A DNA stretch of 64,000 nucleotides from Neodothiora populina. Taxonomy: Eukaryota. Position 1 is the first letter of the stretch. Each line of letters opens with the position of its first letter. This document shows positions 29,273-43,435 of the stretch, piece after piece. Location: the NCBI RefSeq assembly GCF_041146345.1, contig NW_027191404.1:1798001-1862000 (forward strand). Reading direction: 5' to 3'. The translations under genes were made by a program, and so were the position numbers. The notes beneath the pieces are model-generated. The model was not told where the DNA came from. It saw only the letters and a list, made by a program, of their open reading frames with translations, and did no database searches.

Positions 29273-30932
29273 ATGAGCGTCGATCGAGCGGACCTTGAGG
29301 CCGCATTCCCTGGCCTCGATGAATCGCTGTACGAAGTGCCAAATGTTGACCCGGTTTTCCCTGACGTCGACCGATTCATCAATCCTACGGGTGGCAACGT
29401 TAAAGTTACCATGCGATTTATCACACACATGCAGACAACCTGTGGCATCTACTCACTAGCCACCTTCAAGCAAGTCTTCGGCAAGATCGGTTTGACCAGT
29501 GCGGAGATGGACATGGCCGTACTGTTGCAACGCATGATGGAGGGCATGTGTGCGTACTGGAAGGGTGACAAGCAGAAATGGCAGCAAGCTCCCCTGCCTT
29601 TGAAGAATGTTACCCAGTTGGCTGCACAGTGCTGGATCGTAGACAGTGCCGACATCTGGAGGGAAACACGAATGAAACTCGCTGGCATGGTCGACCAGCT
29701 TACGGATGGCAGATTCGGAAGTGTCATCAAAGGTCTGGAGGTCAGCAACAACCCAAAGCTAGCGGCTGCGTTGAAGAAGAGGCCATCACTCCCAAGTCTT
29801 GCCACATTGGTCTCAAAGAACCCAAACGTTGCTACAAGCGATTAAAATGAAGAAGGCGAGGGTGCAGCGGATGGCCACAGCGGAGTCGAGCACGCAGAGA
29901 AAGGAGCGTACAGGAGGAGAAGAGCAGACTAGTAAGAACGAGCACAGTATAGCAAAGCACTCCAAAGGAGCGAAGCAGCGCGCTGCAGCGCCGCAGAGCA
30001 AAGGGAAGGGCAAAGCATCCGCTGCTAAGAAGCCTACATCCGCTAATAAGGGAGCCCGCAAGAGTGCTACTAACTCTGCTAGCACGGGTGCTGCGAAGAA
30101 TCGTAGCACTCCTGATGATGCTAACGACGACGATGACGACGGGCAAACCTCTGATGACGCTGCGATTAGCCCCAAAACCAAAGATGTCGAGAAGATCTGG
30201 CCTAAGATCTTGGACATCATTCGCACTACTCACCCTAAAAGGGCTCGCAATAAGCATGAGGAATGGTTCGACTCTAGAGGCCGTTTGCATCGTCGCTATT
30301 GGACCTTCGCCTTTCAACCCGATCCACAAAACCTTACCGACACGAGGCTCCCTGCTGCGTTATACTCAGGAGTGGTTATTGCAAAGCAAAAGAAATACTT
30401 CCAAAACAAGAACCGGTTTAACAGAAATGGCGGAACAAGACAACGCGCCGTAAATCAATTTGAGCAGCCGGTTTACAAGGGAACTGGCAAGTTTGCAAAG
30501 GCCCGCCATGAGACGGAGGCACTTACAGAACCGGGTCGCGCGGACGTAGTGCAAAACCTTCTGCGCCTCGCTTTTGAGGACGAACAGATACCAGTGAAGA
30601 AGCCAGGGAAGCAATTGACCCAGTCGCGCAAGGAAATGGACAAGGCCAATGAGCTTTCTCTTCAGAGGACATTGGCAGCAAGCCAGTACACCGCAGCAGC
30701 TGACGTCAAGCTGAGGCGTGCTCACAATTTGTTCCGCAACCTTAACGGCCGCGAATGGGACAGTGATGTGTCCGACGAAGACACGCGCCCTCGTAAGAAG
30801 GCCAAAACTACCAAGGACCGCAACAAGGAAGACAAGAGTGGCTCTGCGGATGGCGAGAAGGACAAGCCACCAGGTGCAGGTGGCGAGGAGGACAAGAGTG
30901 GCTCTGCGGATGGCGAGAATGAAACCCCATGA
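29273..30932 (+). pseudogene. Orphan gene, probably one disrupted ORF (or two adjacent ORFs), unknown function
   Basis: 190-aa ORF ends at TAA 29843-29845 but protein-like sequence continues (NEEGEGAADGHSG); an overlapping 377-aa basic ORF in another frame ends in a 60-bp-period repeat (EDKSGSADGE x2). Confidence 0.45.
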
Positions 30933-32632
30933 GCTTCTACTTGAGGTGACATTACAGACACTATGCAGGATGTCATCTAAGTCAATATCCCGAGGGAAAT
31001 GGATTCTTATGGATGGTGGCATTGGCTAAATTGAACATGGAGGGCACGGCGACATGCTTTGCGGAGGGTCAACTACGAGAATAGGGCGAATTCGAACATG
31101 GATGATATAGTGATTTGAATCACGGAGGAATTTATGCGGAGTTCATCTTTCCGGGCGAAGAGACATTTATGGTAGATAGTGCCTCTCTTAGCCATTGAAA
31201 ACTGTCCTTACTTGTCAAGTGTTGTGTGTTCTTCGAGTTCACTTGGACGTCCAGTGCTACTACGCTTGTGTATGCAAATATCGGGAATCCTTCTGCAGGA
31301 ACCCATCGAAGTCAAAAACGTACAGTATCCCAGTAATTAGTGCGCGTACAGATACTTCCTGTCCTGTGATGTCCTTCAGCCCCACGGGACATGTACAGTA
31401 CAGTCAGCCACCGGTGAGACTGTGTCTCTTGGCATATAGGAACTACTTGTTCAACTGCAGCCAGTGGAGAGTTTTAAACAAGTACGCAAGCAGGGAAGAT
31501 GCTTTTCAGAGTTTGTCTCACGTCTTCTGGTGGCGGCCCAGAAGCAGCCGTGAACCTACAGGACAACTCACAAACCTAATCTGACAGGGGAAGTCTGTAC
31601 TCGCACGAAATCTTCGCCAGGAAGAAGAACTCGATCATAGGGTATAATAGGTCGCGCACCTCAGGTTCCAGCCCCATAGCCCGCCGCGGAAGTTCGGTCA
31701 GCGGGTCCTGTGTTCCGCCTGTGCTCGCTGATAGCACCTCATGGACAACAGCCGCCGATAAAGTATGTACTTGTACAAGTAGAGTCAGGAAGATCTAATC
31801 CTTGCACTTTACGCATGTGCGAGCGATCGCCCTCCAGGGACGGGCTGGGGAGCAGGGGTGGCAGCGCAAAAATTCGGACGACCATATGCATCGGCGGCAC
31901 GAGAACCTCTGGGAGTACATCTGAAAAAGCGCTCCAACCCCTTCGTCGTAGTTCGACCTCTGTATCATATGTCGGTCTTCCTTGTTCTCTTCATTTTATT
32001 TTTATATCATCTTGTAATTTGCCAAGGCACCAGACACTCATTTTCCCGAGGAATAGAGCGCCGTCTATCCTGTGATTCACCTCCTAGACGGATCTGAGCC
32101 ACATTTAGAAAAAGCTTAGCATTCGTCACTGGCCAACGCAATCTACGGGTACTACTCTTCAAACCCTTCCTGTCATCATACGACTGCTCCTGTCTGTTGG
32201 TAAGCGGTGCGGCATAAAACAAAGCAAGGCTTTGCTCTCATCCGCGGAGGCCTGCTTTCGATTTGACGTTCTTTCGGCGTGGAGAAGCACCTGTTTGACC
32301 GTTTCCCGGATCTTATTCCTATTCAATCTGTCATCGCCACACAGCCATCTGCCACTTCCCCCAGGCCCGAGCGTACGTCATTCGGAACCGACGGCTTGTG
32401 CACTTGCTTGGAAGAGGACTTAAGAAAAGTGTGTGACGCGTATTGGCGAGCTTGGCCTGCCATCTCGAGTCTTCATATAGAAACATACTTGTTGTTGATC
32501 CTGTCTGGTTTTTTTTGATTTTCTGCCTATACCATCATTAGCGTTTCGTAATCGTTCTATAACGCTTTTTGTATATTCTCTTTTTTCTTCTGTTTCTTTC
32601 GAAGGTCAAAGTACACATCGAATATTTGCAAA

Positions 32633-34042
32633 ATGAGGGGTCTTACTACTGCTTTGGCTCTTGCCGCCACTGTAGCCACTTCTGAGGCCATCAATCTCGC
32701 AAAGCGTTCAGACGCTCCTCCTAGAGTCGTGCAACATGACATACAAAGAAAGGAGACCACTATGAACCCTGTCCTAAGGGATAGTTTACGCAAAAAGAGA
32801 TCCCTTTCCCGCAGGGCCACGATCACCCAAACCCTTGACAATGAGGAAACACTTTACTTTGCGAATGTCAGCATGGGAACGCCGGAACAAACACTCAGAT
32901 TACACTTGGATACCGGAAGTAGCGATCTCTGGGTCAATGTTCAGGACTCTACTTGGTGTACCTCAAAGGAGAATGACTGCGTCGGTGGATATTATTCCCC
33001 TAACAAGTCCAGTACATATGAGTATGTTAACAGCTTGTTCAACATTTCTTACGTCGATGGATCTGGCTCGGCTGGTGACTACGCAACTGATGTACTCCAC
33101 ATCGGAGGAGCCACTCTGGAACAGCTGCAGTTCGGAATCGGTTACACGTCCAGCTCGGATGAGGGTATCATGGGCATCGGATATCGAACCAATGAGGCTA
33201 TAGTCGAGTCCAGCCCTACGACCTACGCCAACGTCCCGGCAAAGATGGTCCAGGACGGATTGATCAGCAGCAATGCGTACAGTCTTTGGCTGAATGACCT
33301 CGATGCTTCCACTGGTTCCATCCTCTTTGGTGGTGTCAACAGTGACAAGTATGTCGGCTCGCTACAGACCGTTCCCATCCTCAAGGAGGGCAATATCTAT
33401 GCCGAGTTCATCATCGCTCTCACTGCAGTGGGAATGAATGGCAAGACTGGCTCTGTTGCCAACAACATCCAAACTTCGGCTCTCCTCGACTCCGGTTCAA
33501 GTCTGATGTACTTGCCCGACTCCATCGCCACGGACATTTTCGATGCCACTGGTGCCGTTTATGATGAACGCCAAGGTGCAGCCTTCATCGACTGCGATGC
33601 TGCTTACAACGACACCACTCTTGACCTCACCTTCTCGTCGCCGACCATTTCCATCAGCATGTCTGAGCTTGTCATCGTCGCTGGCTACGCCGGAAACATG
33701 CCACTCTGCATTCTCGGAATCGCACCTGCAGGAGAGTCGACTCCTGTGCTGGGTGACACGTTCCTCCGTAGTGCATACGTCGTCTACGACTTGAACAACA
33801 ACGAGATCTCGCTCGCTCAGACCAACTTCAATAGCACGTCAGACAATATCCTTGAGATCACCAACGGCAGTGTGCCTGATGCCACCGGTGTTGCTTCTGC
33901 CGTGTCGTCGGTCCCATCTGCCACCGGTGGTGGTCGTATCGAGGGACCTACCGTGTCATCGAGCGGTGGTGCTTCATTCATGACTGCTGCACCCATGCTC
34001 GGCGCCGGAGCCATGGCGGCTCTCGGCTTCCTCGCTCTTTAA
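32633..34042 (+). CDS. GPI-anchored A1 aspartic protease (yapsin/OpsB-like)
   Basis: Signal peptide, dibasic pro-sites, catalytic DTGSS and DSGSS, LGDTFLRSAYVVYD, hydrophobic GPI tail. Confidence 0.95.
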   Translation: MRGLTTALALAATVATSEAINLAKRSDAPPRVVQHDIQRKETTMNPVLRDSLRKKRSLSRRATITQTLDNEETLYFANVSMGTPEQTLRLHLDTGSSDLWVNVQDSTWCTSKENDCVGGYYSPNKSSTYEYVNSLFNISYVDGSGSAGDYATDVLHIGGATLEQLQFGIGYTSSSDEGIMGIGYRTNEAIVESSPTTYANVPAKMVQDGLISSNAYSLWLNDLDASTGSILFGGVNSDKYVGSLQTVPILKEGNIYAEFIIALTAVGMNGKTGSVANNIQTSALLDSGSSLMYLPDSIATDIFDATGAVYDERQGAAFIDCDAAYNDTTLDLTFSSPTISISMSELVIVAGYAGNMPLCILGIAPAGESTPVLGDTFLRSAYVVYDLNNNEISLAQTNFNSTSDNILEITNGSVPDATGVASAVSSVPSATGGGRIEGPTVSSSGGASFMTAAPMLGAGAMAALGFLAL

Positions 34043-34581
34043 CGATTTTGCACGGCATCAGCTTCCATCATAATATTGTCTTTCCTCTCTTTCTTTCTCT
34101 CTCTTCTTTTCGACTTATGAGTTACGACAGCCATCTCGGAACATATAAAATGTACATATTTGCATAGAACTCGGGCGTATAATCTTTTCCTGTTGTTGTA
34201 GTCAATGTCATGTTTTTGGATTTACTAGCAGCATATATATACTCTCACGATCATTATCAAGCTTTCTGACATGGTGAGCATGTCAAAGGCCGACTGTATA
34301 TAGGATCCTTCACCAAGCTGTTTCAAAGCTCACAAGTTGAGTCAACTCCCATGCTATACGACTGTACCATAGGGTATATCTTGACTTCAATCTACAACCA
34401 TTGTTCTTCTATAGCGGCACTTCATCTGTGAACGTCGATCTTGACAAGTACGAGCTTGCGCGATGTATCTGAATGGTTTATAGTGACGCTAAAACAGGTA
34501 CATAAAGCTGCTGGACCAACCGAGGGATAATCAGCAATAAGAATGTCGTTCTGAGCCCAAACACCAGTCTCTCTCTTTCTA

Positions 34582-35257
34582 CTATAGCTGGAGATTGTAA
34601 GTGTAGTCGTCCTCCATATTCTGCGAGACCCAGAGCACGACCGAGCTGCGAAACCAAGTCAGTCGCATTCTACGGGCAGACAGAACGAGCAAGCACAAAA
34701 CATACCTCAGCGAAATCAGCGCATTAGCAATGACGTTCGCAACGCCAAACCAAAGCGTAGGGAACGGATACTCGGGCACGACATATTTCAGCACCATGAC
34801 GACCACACCGCCGGCGAGCCCACCAGCCATGGCCGCGAAGCCCATGAACAGCACGACTCTGGCCTTCCACGCGACGCCGTCGCCGCGGTACGAGAAATTG
34901 TCGGCCGACAGGCGCGACTTGTCGATGCTGTTGATTATCAGCATGCCCAGGGCGCTGAAGATGCCGGGGATCCAGTCGACAAAGGTCATGTGCACTTCGG
35001 AGCCGTTCAGGGTGGATTTGGAGAAGACGGCTGCGTCGATGAAGGTGAAAAGGGCGATGGAGAACTATGGTTGGTGAGTCATGTCAGTATTTCTGGCTCT
35101 ATTCAACATAGTTTGGCTCAAGATGATGCGTCAGGTAATGGAGCAGGCGGGGGTCGTTTCGTACCAGTGCTCCGGCAAAGTAGACGCCAGCGGTGCGCGA
35201 GTTGGCGCTGTTGAGCCACTGCGGCTTTGGAAAGCGGAAGAGACGTTCGCCCGACAT
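34582..35257 (-). CDS. VPS68: Vacuolar protein sorting protein 68 (UPF0220), 3 exons
   Basis: RTAGVYFAGAL/FSIALFTFIDAA, FVDWIPGIFSALGMLIINSIDK, AWKARVVLF, LWVSQNMEDDY. Confidence 0.9.
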
Positions 35258-35606
35258 GATGGTGTGTGTATTCGTGGACAGGTTGTGGGCAAGATTGTGG
35301 TCGGTACAGCTGGTATAGCTGGAGCCTCGCGGAGCGATGGAGTGAGGTCAGCGCAACTGCCTTCTCCAAACCGATAGCAAAGTCTTGGCAACAACTCGAC
35401 GATTGCAGCCCGCGAGAGACTTGGACCCTGCCTTTGACAGTCGCCGATCTCCGTCCTCCGTCTTCCGTCCGCCGCTCCTCCGCTCCTCCGCTCCTCCGCG
35501 TTCAGAAGCTCGAAATCTTGGCTCGAAATTATTCCTGCTTCCAGTAAATTATTTGGTCTCAGAAGTCACTCTACTTTCCCTGCTCCACTCACAGCACACA
35601 CACACA

Positions 35607-36258
35607 ATGGCACCTACGAAAGGGTCCTCTTCCAAAGGCGGCTCGTCCAAGGGTGGCGCACCGTCCAAAGGCGGCAACAAGAAAAGCAGCAGCAGCGGCG
35701 GTCCTCCCAAATCTGCCTCGTCGTCAAAAGTCAAAAAGTCCTCTGCACCCATCAAAACTGTGCAGCAGAAGTCCAAAGCTCCCAAGCACGGCCCTCAGAG
35801 AAAGAAGAAGAGAGTCTACACCGAGAAGGAATTGGGCATCCCCAAGCTGAACAGCATCGTCCCTGCCGGCATCCAGAAGCCTCATGGCGTCAAGAAGGGC
35901 AAGACCTTTGTCGATGACAAGGAGAGCATGATGACTATCCTGGCAATGGTCCAGGCTGAGAAGGAGGGTAACATTGAGAGCAAGATGATGAGGGCCAGGC
36001 AGATGGAGGAGATCCGAGCGGCGAGAAAGGCTGAGATGGAGAAGAAGGAGGACTTCAGGAAACAGAAGCTTGTAAGTGGAATCCTCTCTGTCGTCGCACG
36101 ATGTACGCTCGATCAAGTACTAATTTGCATCGCAGGAAGCCACCAAAGATGAGATCAGACAACGCAAGAAGAGCAACAAGCGCGGAGACATCACCGCTGC
36201 TGAGCCCGCCCCAGAATCAGAGAACAAGCCGAAGAAGAAGAGAGTTTCTTTCGGATGA
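35607..36258 (+). CDS. LOC1: 60S ribosomal subunit assembly/export protein Loc1
   Basis: Lys-rich protein with [22 protein letters not shown] and [15 protein letters not shown]; one intron; ends KKRVSFG*. Confidence 0.88.
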
Positions 36259-36326
36259 GGGATTGTCTTGAATCCATCACTCTAAAGTCTATGGGAGCAT
36301 CTGACATCTATCGCACTCTGCCGCTC

Positions 36327-37974
36327 TTACATCTCCAATGCTGCGTTGGTCTTGACACTATCGCGGTAGTCCAGGCGCAGCTTACGCCGCACCGGCTCAT
36401 ACACGAACGGACTTTTATATCCAGTCGCGTTCTCCGCCACAGCCGCCCTTGGAGCCATCGTACCCTTCGGTCCATCAATCTTGCCGACATCGATATCGTC
36501 TGCCATCTTTTGCAGAAAGTTTGCCGCCTAGTCTCGATTGTCAGTCTTCCCCCAAGAGAACATCGGATCTCAGAACTTACCGGCTTGGAAAACCACCTGG
36601 TTCCACCAATCTCAAACCAGCTCAGATGTCCGCCCAGAGACGTCGTGCACAAAACCGTATATGGGTTTTGTTTTATCTCTTCGTAAGGGATTGCCTCATG
36701 GACGGCGATCTGCATCGCAATGTCAGTCAACTCGGTATTGCATAAAGCAAAGAGCAGCCGGGAGGGAAAACTTACGGGATCGTCTTCGGCGTTGATGATA
36801 AACACGGGAATCCTGATCTTGTCGACGAGATCGACGGACGAAGCATCGCGGTAGTAAGCACCTTCAGTAGGGTAACCCCAGGTCGGGCCTTGGATCTCTC
36901 GATCGAATTCATGCAGATACTTTATCCTGCGTATCTTTTCCTCATCAATGTTGCCGTTCTCCATGATCATCTTTGCGTGTCTGTTGTTGTGATGTGAGCA
37001 TACTGTCCTCTGCCTTGGTCAAGTGACAACGTCTTGTGGAATTCTCATACCTGTCGAACAGCTTCCTCATACTGTTCGCCATCGTCTTCGAGTAGACGTT
37101 CATGCCCAGCCATGTTCTCTGCAGCGCTAGAGCAGCCACTTCGAGATTCCAGGGACTAGCCACCACGACGGCGGCATTGACCACACAGTTTTCGCCTTCT
37201 TCACCAAGATACTATAGCTCAACACCAAGAAAAGACATATCAGAAAACGAACAGAACACTTTTTTGCTTTTCAAATTGGGACCTGCAACTTCGCAACCTA
37301 GCAGCAGCAGTAGTAGTACGTACATTGGTCAATATGTTTGCGCCGAGCGAGTACCCGATAGCATACAGCGGTCTGTTGGGGAACTTCTTCCTGCACCACT
37401 CGACCGTCTGCCGCATGTCCCACGTCGCGCGCGCATTGTACAAGATCCCCGTCGTGATTTCGCTCATCGCGCACCCGCGCGAGTTGACGACCACAGCCTC
37501 CCACTTGCCGTCGCGCACCAAAGGCGCCAGCACCTGGCGCAGGTAGATTTCGTGAGAGCCGCCCGACAGACCGTGCAGGGTGATGAGCATGGGCTTGTCG
37601 TCGTCTGAGCCGGCTTCTAGCTCTGCCAGCTCCGTCTCAGAGTAGTACGTCGTTCGCGGCGGGAGGGTCTCGTCGTCGACTTCAGCGGGAGTGTGCGTTA
37701 CGAAATCTACCGTGTAGATGCCTGCGAACCGGGGGTCGTAGGACTCGAAGATCTTGCGTTTGTAGATGATTCGGGGCCCTTCTGACTTCATTGCTGTCCA
37801 GGCGGTCTGCAGGTGGCCGTTGAACAGCAGAGGGTTGAGGTAACATGGCGGTGTCACTTCTTTGCAGATGGCTTCGAGACTTGTCTTCTCGCCTGATTTG
37901 GTGGGCAGCACAACGGTCTTTTTGGCATGGTGGAATGCCACCCGCGCATGTCCGTAGATCCAGGACAGGTCCAT
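36327..37974 (-). CDS. Alpha/beta hydrolase of the Eht1/Eeb1/Mgl2 (AB hydrolase 4) family, multi-exon
   Basis: LFNGHLQT, LHGLSGGSHEIY, NSRGC, GYSLGANIL nucleophile elbow, NAEDDP, GGHLSWFE. Confidence 0.92.
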
Positions 37975-38520
37975 TGTCGGTTCACTTTTGTCAGATGTAG
38001 CAGGAGAGGCGGTCTGTTTTTTATAAGCACGCTAAACCTGTGCTGTTATTCACTTGCTTTCTTCCGACATGTGATAGCCGGAACAGAAAGATGCCGGGAT
38101 CAAGTAAGTCCAACTATTATCTACGCACGTACACCTTTTTCCTCGAGGTTCTCTATCACATGTACACAATTTGGGCGAAGTGGTTATCAGTGTTGGTGGA
38201 TCTAGTTATGAAAAGTGATCTGATATTTATTAAATCGTCCGGCTTGCCTCGGTATCTTTATATCAATACTTGGCAGGGTGATTCCTTTCACCTGCATGGT
38301 GCAGATTTACTGTGGCACAGTGGTTGACAGCAGGTGGCCGACGCCCCGACGCGGCTTCTTTCCGGATCTAGCGCGTCGCGTCTGGAAGTGGTGCACGTCT
38401 ACCTGCGAGCCGGATATGGAAAGCAGTGATGAAGGACGAATATGGAATGATATGATCAGGCCACGAGGGGACTGCAGAAAGTAGTTATCGAGACAAAAAA
38501 TAGACTTGCCCAGCCGAGAC

Positions 38521-41315
38521 ATGGCCTCGAATAATAATTTCGGTCGGGGATATGGCAACTTCCAAATGCCCCAATATCCACCTCCTGGATATCCCACTCA
38601 ACCCATGGTCGTGATCCCGGTAGCCGGTCCTGTGTATAGTGCTCAGCAAACATATCAGATGCCAAGTCAGCAAATGCCCCCCATGCAGGGCTACGCTCAG
38701 TCGTCTGCAGCAATGCCATTGCAGATGGCACAACCATACCCGGGATATCATCCTCAGACCTTGCCACCACAACAGCAGCAGGTGCAGCAGCAACAGCAGC
38801 AGCAAATGCAGTATCAGCGGCAACAACAACAACAACAGCAACAGTACCAGCAGCAATATATCCAACAGCAGCAACAGTATCAGCAGATGATGAGTCAGTC
38901 AAATATCCAAATTAATCGGATGCAACCAACGAGTTCATTACCTATGGCCCAATATGATGGACCAACACCTTCCAACGATGTGCCAAGACCTCGAAAGAAA
39001 TCCAACTCGGGCAGGCAGGAGCCCCGGATGGCACCTAATGGGCCTGGACGACCTTCTGGTCATCAATTCAACGATTCTCCATCGCAATTCCAGAGACCGA
39101 ATCAATTCCATCAATCACCAGTGATGACCCCCGGAAATGTGCAAATGAGACCTCCTTCGACAGGACCAAGACAGGTTTCGGACGGATCCAGGCAACCGGT
39201 GGACGACGTGAGAAGAAGTCGTCCGCTGAAACCCAAAGCACAGCCGTCCATGCCAGCATCATCTGCTCCATCCAGACCAGTGTCAGTGACACCTCGTCGG
39301 CCAGAGATGCCTGTGGATTATCAGCTTTTACTCCTTGCTCTCGCGGATGAGTACATCGCAAAGGCGCATGGGATGACGGCATCGCTCGTCAAGAACATGC
39401 ACAAAGCCGACGTTGAGGAATACCACAAGCTGATAGCATTGGCTTTGACCTGTATGGAATCCGTGATTAAAAACTTCAAATTTCCAGATCCGCGCATGGA
39501 GGCACGGCTGGCGCATCGGTATTGCAGTTTGTTGCTTGAAGAAACAGAAAACGAAGATGCGGCGCAAGCGCTGCTTAGCAGAACAGTCAAGATGTGTGAA
39601 AGGCATAAGCTGGTCGATCTACGGTATAGTCTGATTCATCTTCAATTGCGATTCCACTTCAGAAGCCGGCCGACAGCAGCGTTAAAAATGCTGGATCAAC
39701 TATTGCCTATCATAGAGGCCTACAAGCAGACATCTTGGAACTACGCCATGCGATTCTTACGAGTTGCGTTATCGCTACAATTACCACAGCCCGACACATC
39801 AGCCGCTCTGCAACAGCTACGGCGAATTATGTCCATCGCCGAAAGCAATCGCCACGTCCCGATATGCGCAACGAGCGCCGCGCTCGAGGCACTAGTTCAC
39901 CTAAGGAGTGACAATTCGGAAGCAGTTCAATCAGCTCACAGAGCACTCGCCCAGGCCCGAATGCACCAGCTGGACCCGTCGCTGCAGAGTATAACCCAAC
40001 TCGCAGCATTGCTGGACTGTCTTGACCTTTGCTGTGACTTGGTCAACCTTTCTCCAGAGCAAGCAGTCTTGAAGATGAAGCAGATGCAAAAGGCCATGGA
40101 CGACGCGAGCACAGATAAGTCCTGGCGACCTGATGGGTCGTTCTGTATTCCAGTTGGCGAAATTGTGGATGCGAGTTCGAATATCGTCGCAGACACGGGA
40201 GGCGTGTTTGAGAGGCTGGCAGATGGACAAAAGGCGTTGACGTTCATGTGGATCCGTCGGAGTGAATTGTACTCTTTGGGGTATCTGTTCAGTGGGATCG
40301 CCACCGCACATAAGAACAGCGTGGACCGTAGAGCTGAGCGGTATCTGGAGGAAGGGGCGAAACTCTGTACTGGTAGGTCTCGTCGTCTGTGTTGCGAAAC
40401 AGCGAGCAATCTTACTGACGCTGACGATTGATAGAAAAGTACAATCCCACAGACGAACGAGGGCCACAATCACTAAACGACGCCTGTGCAGCCACTGATC
40501 GACGGAACCACTCTCATCAATCAATGCTGCTCCATCTAGTCCTTGTGCGATGCAATCGCTCGGACTGGATGGCAGCAAGACAAGCCCTTCAGCCATTCGT
40601 GCAAAGACTGAGTCCAACAGCTCGACAAGGCACAAGGGACCCCCTAGAGCAACTGACGATCTACCTCTCTGGCCTCATCAAGCAAGGAACAGGCGATCTC
40701 GCAGGCGCACTGGCCGAGTACCAATCACCACTTCTCACTCTGCCTATCAAGAACCAGCCAGCAACAGCCACGCCGATAAGCAGTAGTAGTGGAAGCGGCG
40801 GCATGCTCCAAGATCTGCGCATCCTCTCCACCCTCAACACGATCATGATCCTAGGCTCAGACCCCTCCAACACACCCTACATCCAACAAACCCTTCTCCC
40901 CGCCCTCTCGAAGCTCTGTCTAAACCACCCCGACAAGTCCTTCACAGCAGCCTACGACCTCGCAACCGTAACCACAACGCCATCCCTCCCCATCATAAAG
41001 ACCAAAACCCTGCTGTCAGCATCCATGTCGACGGCGAAAAAAGTGTCAAACGCGCACCTGATCAGCATAACAATGAACCTGGTGAACGCGACCTTCTTCC
41101 GCGACATCGTCGGCGACCAGGCCTTCAAGTCTGCCAAGGTGGGCCAGACGCTCGCCAGGCGGTGTGGCAATCCGCTGTGGTTGGCGATTAGCTGTGGGCT
41201 ACTGGGCAGGACGAGCGAGGTGTGTGGAAACAAAGAGGAGATGCTTGAGGCCAAGGGCGAGGGCGTCAGGGCCATGGGCATGTTGCACGAGGGGTTGAGG
41301 GATGTTTTCCACTGA
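38521..41315 (+). CDS. Cohesin loading factor (Scc4/Mau2-like) with Q-rich N-terminus, 2 exons
   Basis: DYQLLLLALADEY, YHKLIALALTCME, EARLAHRYCSLLLEETEN helical-repeat segment typical of the fungal cohesin-loading domain; intron about 40373-40434. Confidence 0.82.
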
Positions 41316-41980
41316 TTTTTCTTTTTCTTCGTCGGCTTTCCTGGATGGTCTTATGTGGCCATGTATGGAAAAGGGTCGAGGCTCTGAACTTCCAGTGGTT
41401 TTTTTTTCTTTTTCTTCTTCAACTTCCTTGTTTTCTTCCCTTTCTTCGAAGAGCGATATACCTGGATTCATGTACCGAAATCAAAGCACGGGAACGATCA
41501 ACGGCACTGTAAATGAGATCCGACATGAGAACGAAAATCGACAAACGAGCATGAAAATGAGAACGGAGAGAAAATCTTGAGAAGACTTGGTACTGATATA
41601 TTTGTACTTTGTATCTGATATTCTCGAGGTTTGGGTTTTCCTTCCTACCTAAGGTATCTATAGAGTCCCCCTTCCCCCTCTGTTCTCTTTTTCTTTTGGG
41701 GTTTGATGTGTAATGCTTTACTTTGGACGTTCGACTACTAGCGAGACAGAACATGAAGGTATTTGTATTCTTTCTTGTTATCTCTCTCATGCCATAAAGC
41801 CAGTAGATGTGCAGTGGCTGGTGAAGAAAAGAGAAAAGGTATTACTACAGAGTTGGAGCGGCCCATGATGCATGTCTAGAGGGGTTTTATGTGGACGAGG
41901 TGAATTTCGGCCCGAAAAGAGGGAGAAAAAAAGAAGTCGTTGATCCCGTTATATCAAACTCCTAAGACTTTCTCGCTCTC

Positions 41981-42910
41981 TCATGCATCGACATCCATAC
42001 CCTCTGCTGTGCCTGCTGCAGGCGCTGCGGCATCACCGCCTGCCTCGTCGTCGTCGTCGTCGTCCTCTGGCTTGTTCTCGAAAGTGGCATCAAGGTACTG
42101 GGCGACGTCCTGGCCCTCGTAGAGATGGAAGTTCTCGCCGATACCGCTGACGCCCAGACTCGTGTTGTCGACGGTCAACTCCTTGTCCTGACTCAGACTC
42201 TCCTTCAGGGCTCGGAGGGCGTGCTTGATGAGTTCTTCTCTGCTGCTGCCGTCGAACTCGTCCAGGTTGCGCTCGAGATAGGTCCTGGCCATCTGGGAGC
42301 GGGCGCCGATGCCGCAGGCGGTCATCTCCTGAGTGATTCCCGAGGGCTGGAACTCGAAAAGGTGGGGGCCCTTTGCGTCGACGCCTGCGATCAGCAGACC
42401 GACACCGTAGGGTCGCTTGCCGTAGTGCTGGGTGTTTGTCTGGGCGCGGTCGCCTATCCGTGAAGTGATCTCGCCGAGGAGGATGGGGCGGTCGTAGGTC
42501 AGGCGTGAGGACAGGGATTGCTGCTTCATGAAGTTGGAGAGGACGCGAGCATCAGATGCGAGACCGGCGAGAGCAATGCCGAAGTGGCTGTCGATCGGTA
42601 TCACTTTCTTTTGGTATGATGAGAGTTCCTCGGCATTTCTCTGGAGAAAGAGGACACGAGGTCAGTGATTGGCCACAAACAAGAGCAGCTCGAGATGGAG
42701 TTTTACCTTGAGAGCAGCGAGCACGGCATGGGTTTTGCTGACAATTCCCACCACGACGGAACCTTGCTTGACAGCTTCTTGTGCGTATTCGACCTGGAAG
42801 ATGCGTCCTTGCGGAGAGCTGGGGGAAGATGGTCAGTTTCTTAGTGATGGCGCGATTGTGGTCATTTCTTACAATGTGACGGAATCGTTGTCGTAGTTGT
42901 TTCTGAACAT
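41981..42910 (-). CDS. PRE5: 20S proteasome subunit alpha-6 (PSMA1 type), 3 exons
   Basis: [60 protein letters not shown]. Confidence 0.96.
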
Positions 42911-43435
42911 GATGGCGAATGTGAGATGTGTGAGGAGACGGACAAGTCTGCGTCTTTTTCTCTACTTGATAATCAAAGTCCAGAGAAATTGTGCTCAATG
43001 TGAAGAGCAAGATTGAAAGAAGGAGGAGGGATGTCTTGTCGATGGAATATGATGATTAGTGGTGGTGATGATGATGATGATGATGATGTATTGTGTATTC
43101 TATATCTCTCCATCTCCCTCCAGGCGGCCGTTGACAGACGCGGTCGCCATTCGGACTGCACGCGGCCCAAGCTCCTCTTCTTGAATCATGTAGCATCACC
43201 AGCTGGGTAGTCATGACTCGGATGGCCCAAGTCACCGGGACCTTGACGTCCATCTCACACTACTGCAGCACTGCACTGCACCTCTATCTATCTGCCTACT
43301 CCGACTCACTCTCCGTACGACGGACGATATACACACATCTCTGCGCACGACCACTTTCCAAAGGCTTCTCTGTTCACCATACCCTAAACACAAAAAACAG
43401 GCACCGCAAGAGAGATCCATCCCCAGCCACCAGCC

